The notes beneath the pieces are model-generated. The model saw only the letters and a list, made by a program, of their open reading frames with translations, made no database searches and had not been told where the DNA came from. Shown piece after piece: positions 13,201-27,037 of a stretch of DNA of 64,000 nt. The stretch is from NCBI GenBank assembly GCA_964057225.1, contig OZ059900.1:19096001-19160000 (forward strand), given 5' to 3'. Source of the DNA: Auanema rhodensis. Its lineage: Eukaryota > Animalia > Nematoda. Position 1 is the stretch's first letter. Each line of letters opens with the position of its first letter. The translations under genes and the position numbers were made by a program.

Positions 13201-16200
13201 AAACAAGGGTTAGAAAATTAAGGAAATTAGCATATTCTGAGGGCACGCCCCTTATGGCTAATATTGATTAAATCGATTTTTGTTCATATGAGTCGTCAAA
13301 TGCAACGAATTTCAGCGTGTTACATACTAAAATGAAGCATTTTACATGCTGAACACTAGAAAAATACAAAAACACAGTATTTCCCATGAGAAATATTTTA
13401 TTATGCTGGAAAACCAGTTTTTGGAAATTTCGCTGTAAACAAGGTTTTGACTTACGATTTCATGTGTTCAAACTCATGCAATGTCAATGAAACCTAGCTC
13501 AAAATTGTTCGTACAACGTCTAGTTCCACTTTCACGACAAAAAAACAGGGGTTAGAAAATTAAGGAAATTAGCATATTCTGAGGGCACGCCCCTTATGGC
13601 TAATATTGATTAAATCGATTTTTGTTCATATGAGTCGTCAAATGCAACGAATTTCAGCGTGTTACACACTAAAATGAAGCATTTCACATGCTGAACACTA
13701 GAAGAATACAAAAACACAGTATTTCCCATGAGAAATATTTTATTATGCTGGAAAACCAGTTTTTCGAAATTTCGCTGTAAACAAGGTTTTGACTTACGAT
13801 TTCATGTGTTCAAACTCATGCAATGTCAATGAAACCTAGCTCAAAATTGTTCGTACAACGTCTAGTTCCACTTTCACGACAAAAAAACAAGGGTTAGAAA
13901 ATTAAGGAAATTAGCATATTCTGAGGGCACGCCCCTTATGGCTAATATTGATTAAATCGATTTTTGTTCATATGAGTCGTCAAATGCAACGAATTTCAGC
14001 GTGTTACATACTAAAATGAAGCATTTTACATGCTGAACACTAGAAAAATACAAAAACACAGTATTTCCCATGAGAAATATTTTATTATGCTGGAAAACCA
14101 GTTTTTGGAAATTTCGCTGTAAACAAGGTTTTGACTTACGATTTCATGTGTTCAAACTCATGCAATGTCAATGAAACCTAGCTCAAAATTGTTCGTACAA
14201 CGTCTAGTTCCACTTTCACGACAAAAAAACAGGGGTTAGAAAATTAAGGAAATTAGCATATTCTGAGGGCACGCCCCTTATGGCTAATATTGATTAAATC
14301 GATTTTTGTTCATATGAGTCGTCAAATGCAACGAATTTCAGCGTGTTACATACTAAAATGAAGCATTTTACATGCTGAACACTAGAAAAATACAAAAACA
14401 CAGTATTTCCCATGAGAAATATTTTATTATGCTGGAAAACCAGTTTTTGGAAATTTCGCTGTAAACAAGGTTTTGACTTACGATTTCATGTGTTCAAACT
14501 CATGCAATGTCAATGAAACCTAGCTCAAAATTGTTCGTACAACGTCTAGTTCCACTTTCACGACAAAAAAACAGGGGTTAGAAAATTAAGGAAATTAGCA
14601 TATTCTGAGGGCACGCCCCTTATGGCTAATATTGATTAAATCGATTTTTGTTCATATGAGTCGTCAAATGCAACGAATTTCAGCGTGTTACATACTAAAA
14701 TGAAGCATTTTACATGCTGAACACTAGAAAAATACAAAAACACAGTATTTCCCATGAGAAATATTTTATTATGCTGGAAAACCAGTTTTTGGAAATTTCG
14801 CTGTAAACAAGGTTTTGACTTACGATTTCATGTGTTCAAACTCATGCAATGTCAATGAAACCTAGCTCAAAATTGTTCGTACAACGTCTAGTTCCACTTT
14901 CACGACAAAAAAACAGGGGTTAGAAAATTAAGGAAATTAGCATATTCTGAGGGCACGCCCCTTATGGCTAATATTGATTAAATCGATTTTTGTTCATATG
15001 AGTCGTCAAATGCAACGAATTTCAGCGTGTTACATACTAAAATGAAGCATTTTACATGCTGAACACTAGAAGAATACAAAAACACAGTATTTCCCATGAG
15101 AAATATTTTATCATGCTGGAAAACCAGTTTGTGGAAATTTCGCTGTAAACAAGGTTTTGACTTACGATTTCATGTGTTCAAACTCATGCAATGTAAATGA
15201 AACCTAGCTCAAAATTGTTCGTACAACGTCTAGTTCCACTTTCACGACAAAAAAACAGGGGTTAGAAAATTAAGGAAATTAGCATATTCTGAGGGCACGC
15301 CCCTTATGGCTAATATTGATTAAATCGATTTTTGTTCATATGAGTCGTCAAATGCAACGAATTTCAGCGTGTTACATACTAAAATGAAGCATTTTACATG
15401 CTGAACACTAGAAGAATACAAAAACACAGTATTTCCCATGAGAAATATTTTATTATGCTGGAAAACCAGTTTTTGGAAATTTCGCTGTAAACAAGGTTTT
15501 GACTTACGATTTCATGTGTTCAAACTCATGCAATGTCAATGAAACCTAGCTCAAAATTGTTCGTACATCGTCTAGTTCCACTTTCACGACAAAAAAACAG
15601 GGGTTAGAAAATTAAAGAAATTAGCATATTCTGAGGGCACGCCCCTTATGGCTAATATTGATTAAATCGATTTTTGTTCATATGAGTCGTCAAATGCAAC
15701 GAATTTCAGCGTGTTACATACTAAAATGAAGCATTTTACATGCTGAACACTAGAAAAATACAAAAACACAGTATTTCCCATGAGAAATATTTTATCATGC
15801 TGGAAAACCAGTTTTTGGAAATTTCGCTGTAAACAAGGTTTTGACTTACGATTTCATGTGTTCAAACTCATGCAATGTCAATGAAACCTAGCTCAAAATT
15901 GTTTGTACAACGTCTAGTTCCACTTTCACGACAAAAAAACAAGGGTTAGAAAATTAAGGAAATTAGCATATTCTGAGGGCACGCCCCTTATGGCTAATAT
16001 TGATTAAATCGATTTTTGTTCATATGAGTCGTCAAATGCAACGAATTTCAGCGTGTTACATACTAAAATGAAGCATTTTACATGCTGAACACTAGAAAAA
16101 TACAAAAACACAGTATTTCCCATGAGAAATATTTTATTATGCTGGAAAACCAGTTTTTGGAAATTTCGCTGTAAACAAGGTTTTGACTTACGATTTCATG

Positions 16201-19200
16201 TGTTCAAACTCATGCAATGTCAATGAAACCTAGCTCAAAATTGTTCGTACAACGTCTAGTTCCACTTTCACGACAAAAAAACAGGGGTTAGAAAATTAAG
16301 GAAATTAGCATATTCTGAGGGCACGCCCCTTATGGCTAATATTGATTAAATCGATTTTTGTTCATATGAGTCGTCAAATGCAACGAATTTCAGCGTGTTA
16401 CATACTAAAATGAAGCATTTTACATGCTGAACACTAGAAAAATACAAAAACACAGTATTTCCCATGAGAAATATTTTATCATGCTGGAAAACCAGTTTTT
16501 CGAAATTTCGCTGTAAACAAGGTTTTGACTTACGATTTCATGTGTTCAAACTCATGCAATGTCAATGAAACCTAGCTCAAAATTGTTTGTACAACGTCTA
16601 GTTCCACTTTCACGACAAAAAAACAAGGGTTAGAAAATTAAGGAAATTAGCATATTCTGAGGGCACGCCCCTTATGGCTAATATTGATTAAATCGATTTT
16701 TGTTCATATGAGTCGTCAAATGCAACGAATTTCAGCGTGTTACATACTAAAATGAAGCATTTTACATGCTGAACACTAGAAAAATACAAAAACACAGTAT
16801 TTCCCATGAGAAATATTTTATTATGCTGGAAAACCAGTTTTTGGAAATTTCGCTGTAAACAAGGTTTTGACTTACGATTTCATGTGTTCAAACTCATGCA
16901 ATGTCAATGAAACCTAGCTCAAAATTGTTCGTACAACGTCTAGTTCCACTTTCACGACAAAAAAACAGGGGTTAGAAAATTAAGGAAATTAGCATATTCT
17001 GAGGGCACGCCCCTTATGGCTAATATTGATTAAATCGATTTTTGTTCATATGAGTCGTCAAATGCAACGAATTTCAGCGTGTTACACACTAAAATGAAGC
17101 ATTTCACATGCTGAACACTAGAAGAATACAAAACACAGTATTTCCTATGAGAAATATTTTATTATGCTGGAAAACCAGTTTTTCGAAATTTCGCTGTAAA
17201 CAAGGTTTTGACTTACGATTTCATGTGTTCAAACTCATGCAATGTCAATGAAACCTAGCTCAAAATTGTTCGTACAACGTCTAGTTCCACTTTCACGACA
17301 AAAAAACAAGGGTTAGAAAATTAAGGAAATTAGCATATTCTGAGGGCACGCCCCTTATGGCTAATATTGATTAAATCGATTTTTGTTCATATGAGTCGTC
17401 AAATGCAACGAATTTCAGCGTGTTACATACTAAAATGAAGCATTTTACATGCTGAACACTAGAAAAATACAAAAACACAGTATTTCCCATGAGAAATATT
17501 TTATTATGCTGGAAAACCAGTTTTTGGAAATTTCGCTGTAAACAAGGTTTTGACTTACGATTTCATGTGTTCAAACTCATGCAATGTCAATGAAACCTAG
17601 CTCAAAATTGTTCGTACAACGTCTAGTTCCACTTTCACGACAAAAAAACAGGGGTTAGAAAATTAAGGAAATTAGCATATTCTGAGGGCACGCCCCTTAT
17701 GGCTAATAATGATTAAATCGATTTTTGTTCATATGAGTCGTCAAATGCAACGAATTTCAGCGTGTTACATACTAAAATGAAGCATTTTACATGCTGAACA
17801 CTAGAAAAATACAAAAACACAGTATTTCCCATGAGAAATATTTTATTATGCTGGAAAACCAGTTTTTGGAAATTTCGCTGTAAACAAGGTTTTGACTTAC
17901 GATTTCATGTGTTCAAACTCATGCAATGTCAATGAAACCTAGCTCAAAATTGTTCGTACAACGTCTAGTTCCACTTTCACGACAAAAAAACAGGGGTTAG
18001 AAAATTAAGGAAATTAGCATATTCTGAGGGCACGCCCCTTATGGCTAATATTGATTAAATCGATTTTTGTTCATATGAGTCGTCAAATGCAACGAATTTC
18101 AGCGTGTTACATACTAAAATGAAGCATTTTACATGCTGAACACTAGAAAAATACAAAAACACAGTATTTCCCATGAGAAATATTTTATCATGCTGGAAAA
18201 CCAGTTTTTGGAAATTTCGCTGTAAACAAGGTTTTGACTTACGATTTCATGTGTTCAAACTCATGCAATGTCAATGAAACCTAGCTCAAAATTGTTTGTA
18301 CAACGTCTAGTTCCACTTTCACGACAAAAAAACAAGGGTTAGAAAATTAAGGAAATTAGCATATTCTGAGGGCACGCCCCTTATGGCTAATATTGATTAA
18401 ATCGATTTTTGTTCATATGAGTCGTCAAATGCAACGAATTTCAGCGTGTTACATACTAAAATGAAGCATTTTACATGCTGAACACTAGAAAAATACAAAA
18501 ACACAGTATTTCCCATGAGAAATATTTTATTATGCTGGAAAACCAGTTTTTGGAAATTTCGCTGTAAACAAGGTTTTGACTTACGATTTCATGTGTTCAA
18601 ACTCATGCAATGTCAATGAAACCTAGCTCAAAATTGTTCGTACAACGTCTAGTTCCACTTTCACGACAAAAAAACAGGGGTTAGAAAATTAAGGAAATTA
18701 GCATATTCTGAGGGCACGCCCCTTATGGCTAATATTGATTAAATCGATTTTTGTTCATATGAGTCGTCAAATGCAACGAATTTCAGCGTGTTACACACTA
18801 AAATGAAGCATTTCACATGCTGAACACTAGAAGAATACAAAAACACAGTTTTTCCATGAGAAATATTTTATTATGCTGGAAAACCAGTTTTTCGAAATTT
18901 CGCTGTAAACAAGGTTTTGACTTACGATTTCATGTGTTCAAACTCATGCAATGTCAATGAAACCTAGCTCAAAATTGTTCGTACAACGTCTAGTTCCACT
19001 TTCACGACAAAAAAACAAGGGTTAGAAAATTAAGGAAATTAGCATATTCTGAGGGCACGCCCCTTATGGCTAATATTGATTAAATCGATTTTTGTTCATA
19101 TGAGTCGTCAAATGCAACGAATTTCAGCGTGTTACATACTAAAATGAAGCATTTTACATGCTGAACACTAGAAAAATACAAAAACACAGTATTTCCCATG

Positions 19201-22200
19201 AGAAATATTTTATCATGCTGGAAAACCAGTTTTTGGAAATTTCGCTGTAAACAAGGTTTTGACTTACGATTTCATGTGTTCAAACTCATGCAATGTCAAT
19301 GAAACCTAGCTCAAAATTGTTTGTACAACGTCTAGTTCCACTTTCACGACAAAAAAACAAGGGTTAGAAAATTAAGGAAATTAGCATATTCTGAGGGCAC
19401 GCCCCTTATGGCTAATATTGATTAAATCGATTTTTGTTCATATGAGTCGTCAAATGCAACGAATTTCAGCGTGTTACATACTAAAATGAAGCATTTTACA
19501 TGCTGAACACTAGAAAAATACAAAAACACAGTATTTCCCATGAGAAATATTTTATTATGCTGGAAAACCAGTTTTTGGAAATTTCGCTGTAAACAAGGTT
19601 TTGACTTACGATTTCATGTGTTCAAACTCATGCAATGTCAATGAAACCTAGCTCAAAATTGTTCGTACAACGTCTAGTTCCACTTTCACGACAAAAAAAC
19701 AGGGGTTAGAAAATTAAGGAAATTAGCATATTCTGAGGGCACGCCCCTTATGGCTAATATTGATTAAATCGATTTTTGTTCATATGAGTCGTCAAATGCA
19801 ACGAATTTCAGCGTGTTACACACTAAAATGAAGCATTTCACATGCTGAACACTAGAAGAATACAAAAACACAGTTTTTCCATGAGAAATATTTTATTATG
19901 CTGGAAAACCAGTTTTTGGAAATTTCGCTGTAAACAAGGTTTTGACTTACGATTTCATGTGTTCAAACTCATGCAATGTCAATGAAACCTAGCTCAAAAT
20001 TGTTCGTACAACGTCTAGTTCCACTTTCACGACAAAAAAACAGGGGTTAGAAAATTAAGGAAATTAGCATATTCTGAGGGCACGCCCCTTATGGCTAATA
20101 TTGATTAAATCGATTTTTGTTCATATGAGTCGTCAAATGCAACGAATTTCAGCGTGTTACACACTAAAATGAAGCATTTCACATGCTGAACACTAGAAGA
20201 ATACAAAAACACAGTTTTTCCATGAGAAATATTTTATTATGCTGGAAAACCAGTTTTTCGAAATTTCGCTGTAAACAAGGTTTTGACTTACGATTTCATG
20301 TGTTCAAACTCATGCAATGTCAATGAAACCTAGCTCAAAATTGTTCGTACAACGTCTAGTTCCACTTTCACGACAAAAAAACAAGGGTTAGAAAATTAAG
20401 GAAATTAGCATATTCTGAGGGCACGCCCCTTATGGCTAATATTGATTAAATCGATTTTTGTTCATATGAGTCGTCAAATGCAACGAATTTCAGCGTGTTA
20501 CATACTAAAATGAAGCATTTTACATGCTGAACACTAGAAAAATACAAAAACACAGTATTTCCCATGAGAAATATTTTATTATGCTGGAAAACCAGTTTTT
20601 GGAAATTTCGCTGTAAACAAGGTTTTGACTTACGATTTCATGTGTTCAAACTCATGCAATGTCAATGAAACCTAGCTCAAAATTGTTCGTACAACGTCTA
20701 GTTCCACTTTCACGACAAAAAAACAGGGGTTAGAAAATTAAGGAAATTAGCATATTCTGAGGGCACGCCCCTTATGGCTAATATTGATTAAATCGATTTT
20801 TGTTCATATGAGTCGTCAAATGCAACGAATTTCAGCGTGTTACATACTAAAATGAAGCATTTTACATGCTGAACACTAGAAGAATACAAAAACACAGTAT
20901 TTCCCATGAGAAATATTTTATTATGCTGGAAAACCAGTTTGTGGAAATTTCGCTGTAAACAAGGTTTTGACTTACGATTTCATGTGTTCAAACTCATGCA
21001 ATGTCAATGAAACCTAGCTCAAAATTGTTCGTACAACGTCTAGTTCCACTTTCACGACAAAAAAACAGGGGTTAGAAAATTAAGGAAATTAGCATATTCT
21101 GAGGGCACGCCCCTTATGGCTAATATTGATTAAATCGATTTTTGTTCATATGAGTCGTCAAATGCAACGAATTTCAGCGTGTTACATACTAAAATGAAGC
21201 ATTTTACATGCTGAACACTAGAAAAATACAAAAACACAGTATTTCCCATGAGAAATATTTTATCATGCTGGAAAACCAGTTTTTGGAAATTTCGCTGTAA
21301 ACAAGGTTTTGACTTACGATTTCATGTGTTCAAACTCATGCAATGTCAATGAAACCTAGCTCAAAATTGTTTGTACAACGTCTAGTTCCACTTTCACGAC
21401 AAAAAAACAAGGGTTAGAAAATTAAGGAAATTAGCATATTCTGAGGGCACGCCCCTTATGGCTAATATTGATTAAATCGATTTTTGTTCATATGAGTCGT
21501 CAAATGCAACGAATTTCAGCGTGTTACATACTAAAATGAAGCATTTTACATGCTGAACACTAGAAAAATACAAAAACACAGTATTTCCCATGAGAAATAT
21601 TTTATTATGCTGGAAAACCAGTTTTTGGAAATTTCGCTGTAAACAAGGTTTTGACTTACGATTTCATGTGTTCAAACTCATGCAATGTCAATGAAACCTA
21701 GGTCAAAATTGTTCGTACAACGTCTAGTTCCACTTTCACGACAAAAAAACAGGGGTTAGAAAATTAAGGAAATTAGCATATTCTGAGGGCACGCCCCTTA
21801 TGGCTAATATTGATTAAATCGATTTTTGTTCATATGAGTCGTCAAATGCAACGAATTTCAGCGTGTTACACACTAAAATGAAGCATTTCACATGCTGAAC
21901 ACTAGAAGAATACAAAAACACAGTATTTCCCATGAGAAATATTTTATTATGCTGGAAAACCAGTTTTTGGAAATTTCGCTGTAAACAAGGTTTTGACTTA
22001 CGATTTCATGTGTTCAAACTCATGCAATGTCAATGAAACCTAGCTCAAAATTGTTCGTACAACGTCTAGTTCCACTTTCACGACAAAAAAACAGGGGTTA
22101 GAAAATTAAGGAAATTAGCATATTCTGAGGGCACGCCCCTTATGGCTAATATTGATTAAATCGATTTTTGTTCATATGAGTCGTCAAATGCAACGAATTT

Positions 22201-25026
22201 CAGCGTGTTACATACTAAAATGAAGCATTTTACATGCTGAACACTAGAAAAATACAAAAACACAGTATTTCCCATGAGAAATATTTTATCATGCTGGAAA
22301 ACCAGTTTTTGGAAATTTCGCTGTAAACAAGGTTTTGACTTACGATTTCATGTGTTCAAACTCATGCAATGTCAATGAAACCTAGCTCAAAATTGTTTGT
22401 ACAACGTCTAGTTCCACTTTCACGACAAAAAAACAAGGGTTAGAAAATTAAGGAAATTAGCATATTCTGAGGGCACGCCCCTTATGGCTAATATTGATTA
22501 AATCGATTTTTGTTCATATGAGTCGTCAAATGCAACGAATTTCAGCGTGTTACATACTAAAATGAAGCATTTTACATGCTGAACACTAGAAAAATACAAA
22601 AACACAGTATTTCCCATGAGAAATATTTTATTATGCTGGAAAACCAGTTTTTGGAAATTTCGCTGTAAACAAGGTTTTGACTTACGATTTCATGTGTTCA
22701 AACTCATGCAATGTCAATGAAACCTAGCTCAAAATTGTTCGTACAACGTCTAGTTCCACTTTCACGACAAAAAAACAGGGGTTAGAAAATTAAGGAAATT
22801 AGCATATTCTGAGGGCACGCCCCTTATGGCTAATATTGATTAAATCGATTTTTGTTCATATGAGTCGTCAAATGCAACGAATTTCAGCGTGTTACACACT
22901 AAAATGAAGCATTTCACATGCTGAACACTAGAAGAATACAAAAACACAGTATTTCCCATGAGAAATATTTTATTATGCTGGAAAACCAGTTTTTCGAAAT
23001 TTCGCTGTAAACAAGGTTTTGACTTACGATTTCATGTGTTCAAACTCATGCAATGTCAATGAAACCTAGCTCAAAATTGTTCGTACAACGTCTAGTTCCA
23101 CTTTCACAACAAAAAAACAAGGGTTAGAAAATTAAGGAAATTAGCATATTCTGAGGGCACGCCCCTTATGGCTAATATTGATTAAATCGATTTTTGTTCA
23201 TATGAGTCGTCAAATGCAACGAATTTCAGCGTGTTACATACTAAAATGAAGCATTTTACATGCTGAACACTAGAAAAATACAAAAACACAGTATTTCCCA
23301 TGAGAAATATTTTATTATTCTGGAAAACCAGTTTTTGGAAATTTCGCTGTAAACAAGGTTTTGACTTACGATTTCATGTGTTCAAACTCATGCAATGTCA
23401 ATGAAACCTAGCTCAAAATTGTTCGTACAACGTCTAGTTCCACTTTCACGACAAAAAAACAGGGGTTAGAAAATTAAGGAAATTAGCATATTCTGGGGGT
23501 ACGCCCCTTATGGCTAATATTGATTAAATCGATTTTTGTTCATATGAGTCGTCAAATGCAACGAATTTCAGCGTGTTACATACTAAAATGAAGCATTTTA
23601 CATGCTGAACACTAGAAAAATACAAAAACACAGTATTTCCCATGAGAAATATTTTATTATGCTGGAAAACCAGTTTTTGGAAATTTCGCTGTAAACAAGG
23701 TTTTGACTTACGATTTCATGTGTTCAAACTCATGCAATGTCAATGAAACCTAGGTTAAAATTGTTCGTACAACGTCTAGTTCCACTTTCACGACAAAAAA
23801 ACAGGGGTTAGAAAATTAAGGAAATTAGCATATTCTGAGGGCACGCCCCTTATGGCTAATATTGATTAAATCGATTTTTGTTCATATGAGTCGTCAAATG
23901 CAACGAATTTCAGCGTGTTACACACTAAAATGAAGCATTTCACATGCTGAACACTAGAAGAATACAAAAACACAGTATTTCCCATGAGAAATATTTTATT
24001 ATGCTGGAAAACCAGTTTTTGGAAATTTCGCTGTAAACAAGGTTTTGACTTACGATTTCATGTGTTCAAACTCATGCAATGTCAATGAAACCTAGCTCAA
24101 AATTGTTCGTACAACGTCTAGTTCCACTTTCACGACAAAAAAACAGGGGTTAGAAAATTAAGGAAATTAGCATATTCTGAGGGCACGCCCCTTATGGCTA
24201 ATATTGATTAAATCGATTTTTGTTCATATGAGTCGTCAAATGCAACGAATTTCAGCGTGTTACACACTAAAATGAAGCATTTCACATGCTGAACACTAGA
24301 AGAATACAAAAACACAGTATTTCCCATGAGAAATATTTTATTATGCTGGAAAACCAGTTTTTCGAAATTTCGCTGTAAACAAGGTTTTGACTTACGATTT
24401 CATGTGTTCAAACTCATGCAATGTCAATGAAACCTAGCTCAAAATTGTTCGTACAACGTCTAGTTCCACTTTCACAACAAAAAAACAAGGGTTAGAAAAT
24501 TAAGGAAATTAGCATATTCTGAGGGCACGCCCCTTATGGCTAATATTGATTAAATCGATTTTTGTTCATATGAGTCGTCAAATGCAACGAATTTCAGCGT
24601 GTTACATACTAAAATGAAGCATTTTACATGCTGAACACTAGAAAAATACAAAAACACAGTATTTCCCATGAGAAATATTTTATTATGCTGGAAAACCAGT
24701 TTTTGGAAATTTCGCTGTAAACAAGGTTTTGACTTACGATTTCATGTGTTCAAACTCATGCAATGTCAATGAAACCTAGCTCAAAATTGTTCGTACAACG
24801 TCTAGTTCCACTTTCACGACAAAAAAACAGGGGTTAGAAAATTAAGGAAATTAGCATATTCTGAGGGCACGCCCCTTATGGCTAATATTGATTAAATCGA
24901 TTTTTGTTCATATGAGTCGTCAAATGCAACGAATTTCAGCGTGTTACATACTAAAATGAAGCATTTTACATGCTGAACACTAGAAAAATACAAAAACACA
25001 GTATTTCCCATGAGAAATATTTTATC

Positions 25027-27037
25027 ATGCTGGAAAACCAGTTTTTGGAAATTTCGCTGTAAACAAGGTTTTGACTTACGATTTCATGTGTTCAAACTCA
25101 TGCAATGTCAATGAAACCTAGGTCAAAATTGTTCGTACAACGTCTAGTTCCACTTTCACGACAAAAAAACAGGGGTTAGAAAATTAAGGAAATTAGCATA
25201 TTCTGAGGGCACGCCCCTTATGGCTAATATTGATTAAATCGATTTTTGTTCATATGAGTCGTCAAATGCAACGAATTTCAGCGTGTTACACACTAAAATG
25301 AAGCATTTCACATGCTGAACACTAGAAGAATACAAAAACACAGTATTTCCCATGAGAAATATTTTATTATGCTGGAAAACCAGTTTTTCGAAATTTCGCT
25401 GTAAACAAGGTTTTGACTTACGATTTCATGTGTTCAAACTCATGCAATGTCAATGAAACCTAGCTCAAAATTGTTCGTACAACGTCTAGTTCCACTTTCA
25501 CAACAAAAAAACAAGGGTTAGAAAATTAAGGAAATTAGCATATTCTGAGGGCACGCCCCTTATGGCTAATATTGATTAAATCGATTTTTGTTCATATGAG
25601 TCGTCAAATGCAACGAATTTCAGCGTGTTACATACTAAAATGAAGCATTTTACATGCTGAACACTAGAAAAATACAAAAACACAGTATTTCCCATGAGAA
25701 ATATTTTATTATGCTGGAAAACCAGTTTTTGGAAATTTCGCTGTAAACAAGGTTTTGACTTACGATTTCATGTGTTCAAACTCATGCAATGTCAATGAAA
25801 CCTAGCTCAAAATTGTTCGTACAACGTCTAGTTCCACTTTCACGACAAAAAAACAGGGGTTAGAAAATTAAGGAAATTAGCATATTCTGGGGGTACGCCC
25901 CTTATGGCTAATATTGATTAAATCGATTTTTGTTCATATGAGTCGTCAAATGCAACGAATTTCAGCGTGTTACATACTAAAATGAAGCATTTTACATGCT
26001 GAACACTAGAAAAATACAAAAACACAGTATTTCCCATGAGAAATATTTTATTATGCTGGAAAACCAGTTTTTGGAAATTTCGCTGTAAACAAGGTTTTGA
26101 CTTACGATTTCATGTGTTCAAACTCATGCAATGTCAATGAAACCTAGGTCAAAATTGTTCGTACAACGTCTAGTTCCACTTTCACGACAAAAAAACAGGG
26201 GTTAGAAAATTAAGGAAATTAGCATATTCTGAGGGCACGCCCCTTATGGCTAATATTGATTAAATCGATTTTTGTTCATATGAGTCGTCAAATGCAACGA
26301 ATTTCAGCGTGTTACACACTAAAATGAAGCATTTCACATGCTGAACACTAGAAGAATACAAAAACACAGTATTTCCCATGAGAAATATTTTATTATGCTG
26401 GAAAACCAGTTTTTCGAAATTTCGCTGTAAACAAGGTTTTGACTTACGATTTCATGTGTTCAAACTCATGCAATGTCAATGAAACCTAGCTCAAAATTGT
26501 TCGTACAACGTCTAGTTCCACTTTCACAACAAAAAAACAAGGGTTAGAAAATTAAGGAAATTAGCATATTCTGAGGGCACGCCCCTTATGGCTAATATTG
26601 ATTAAATCGATTTTTGTTCATATGAGTCGTCAAATGCAACGAATTTCAGCGTGTTACATACTAAAATGAAGCATTTTACATGCTGAACACTAGAAAAATA
26701 CAAAAACACAGTATTTCCCATGAGAAATATTTTATTATGCTGGAAAACCAGTTTTTGGAAATTTCGCTGTAAACAAGGTTTTGACTTACGATTTCATGTG
26801 TTCAAACTCATGCAATGTCAATGAAACCTAGCTCAAAATTGTTCGTACAACGTCTAGTTCCACTTTCACGACAAAAAAACAGGGGTTAGAAAATTAAGGA
26901 AATTAGCATATTCTGGGGGTACGCCCCTTATGGCTAATATTGATTAAATCGATTTTTGTTCATATGAGTCGTCAAATGCAACGAATTTCAGCGTGTTACA
27001 TACTAAAATGAAGCATTTTACATGCTGAACACTAGAA
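25027..27037 (+). repeat. 3-monomer (1026-bp) tandem duplication
   Basis: CCTAGGTC (25122/26148), TTCACAAC (25502/26528) and CTGGGGGTAC (25890/26916) are all spaced 1026 bp apart. Confidence 0.9.
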
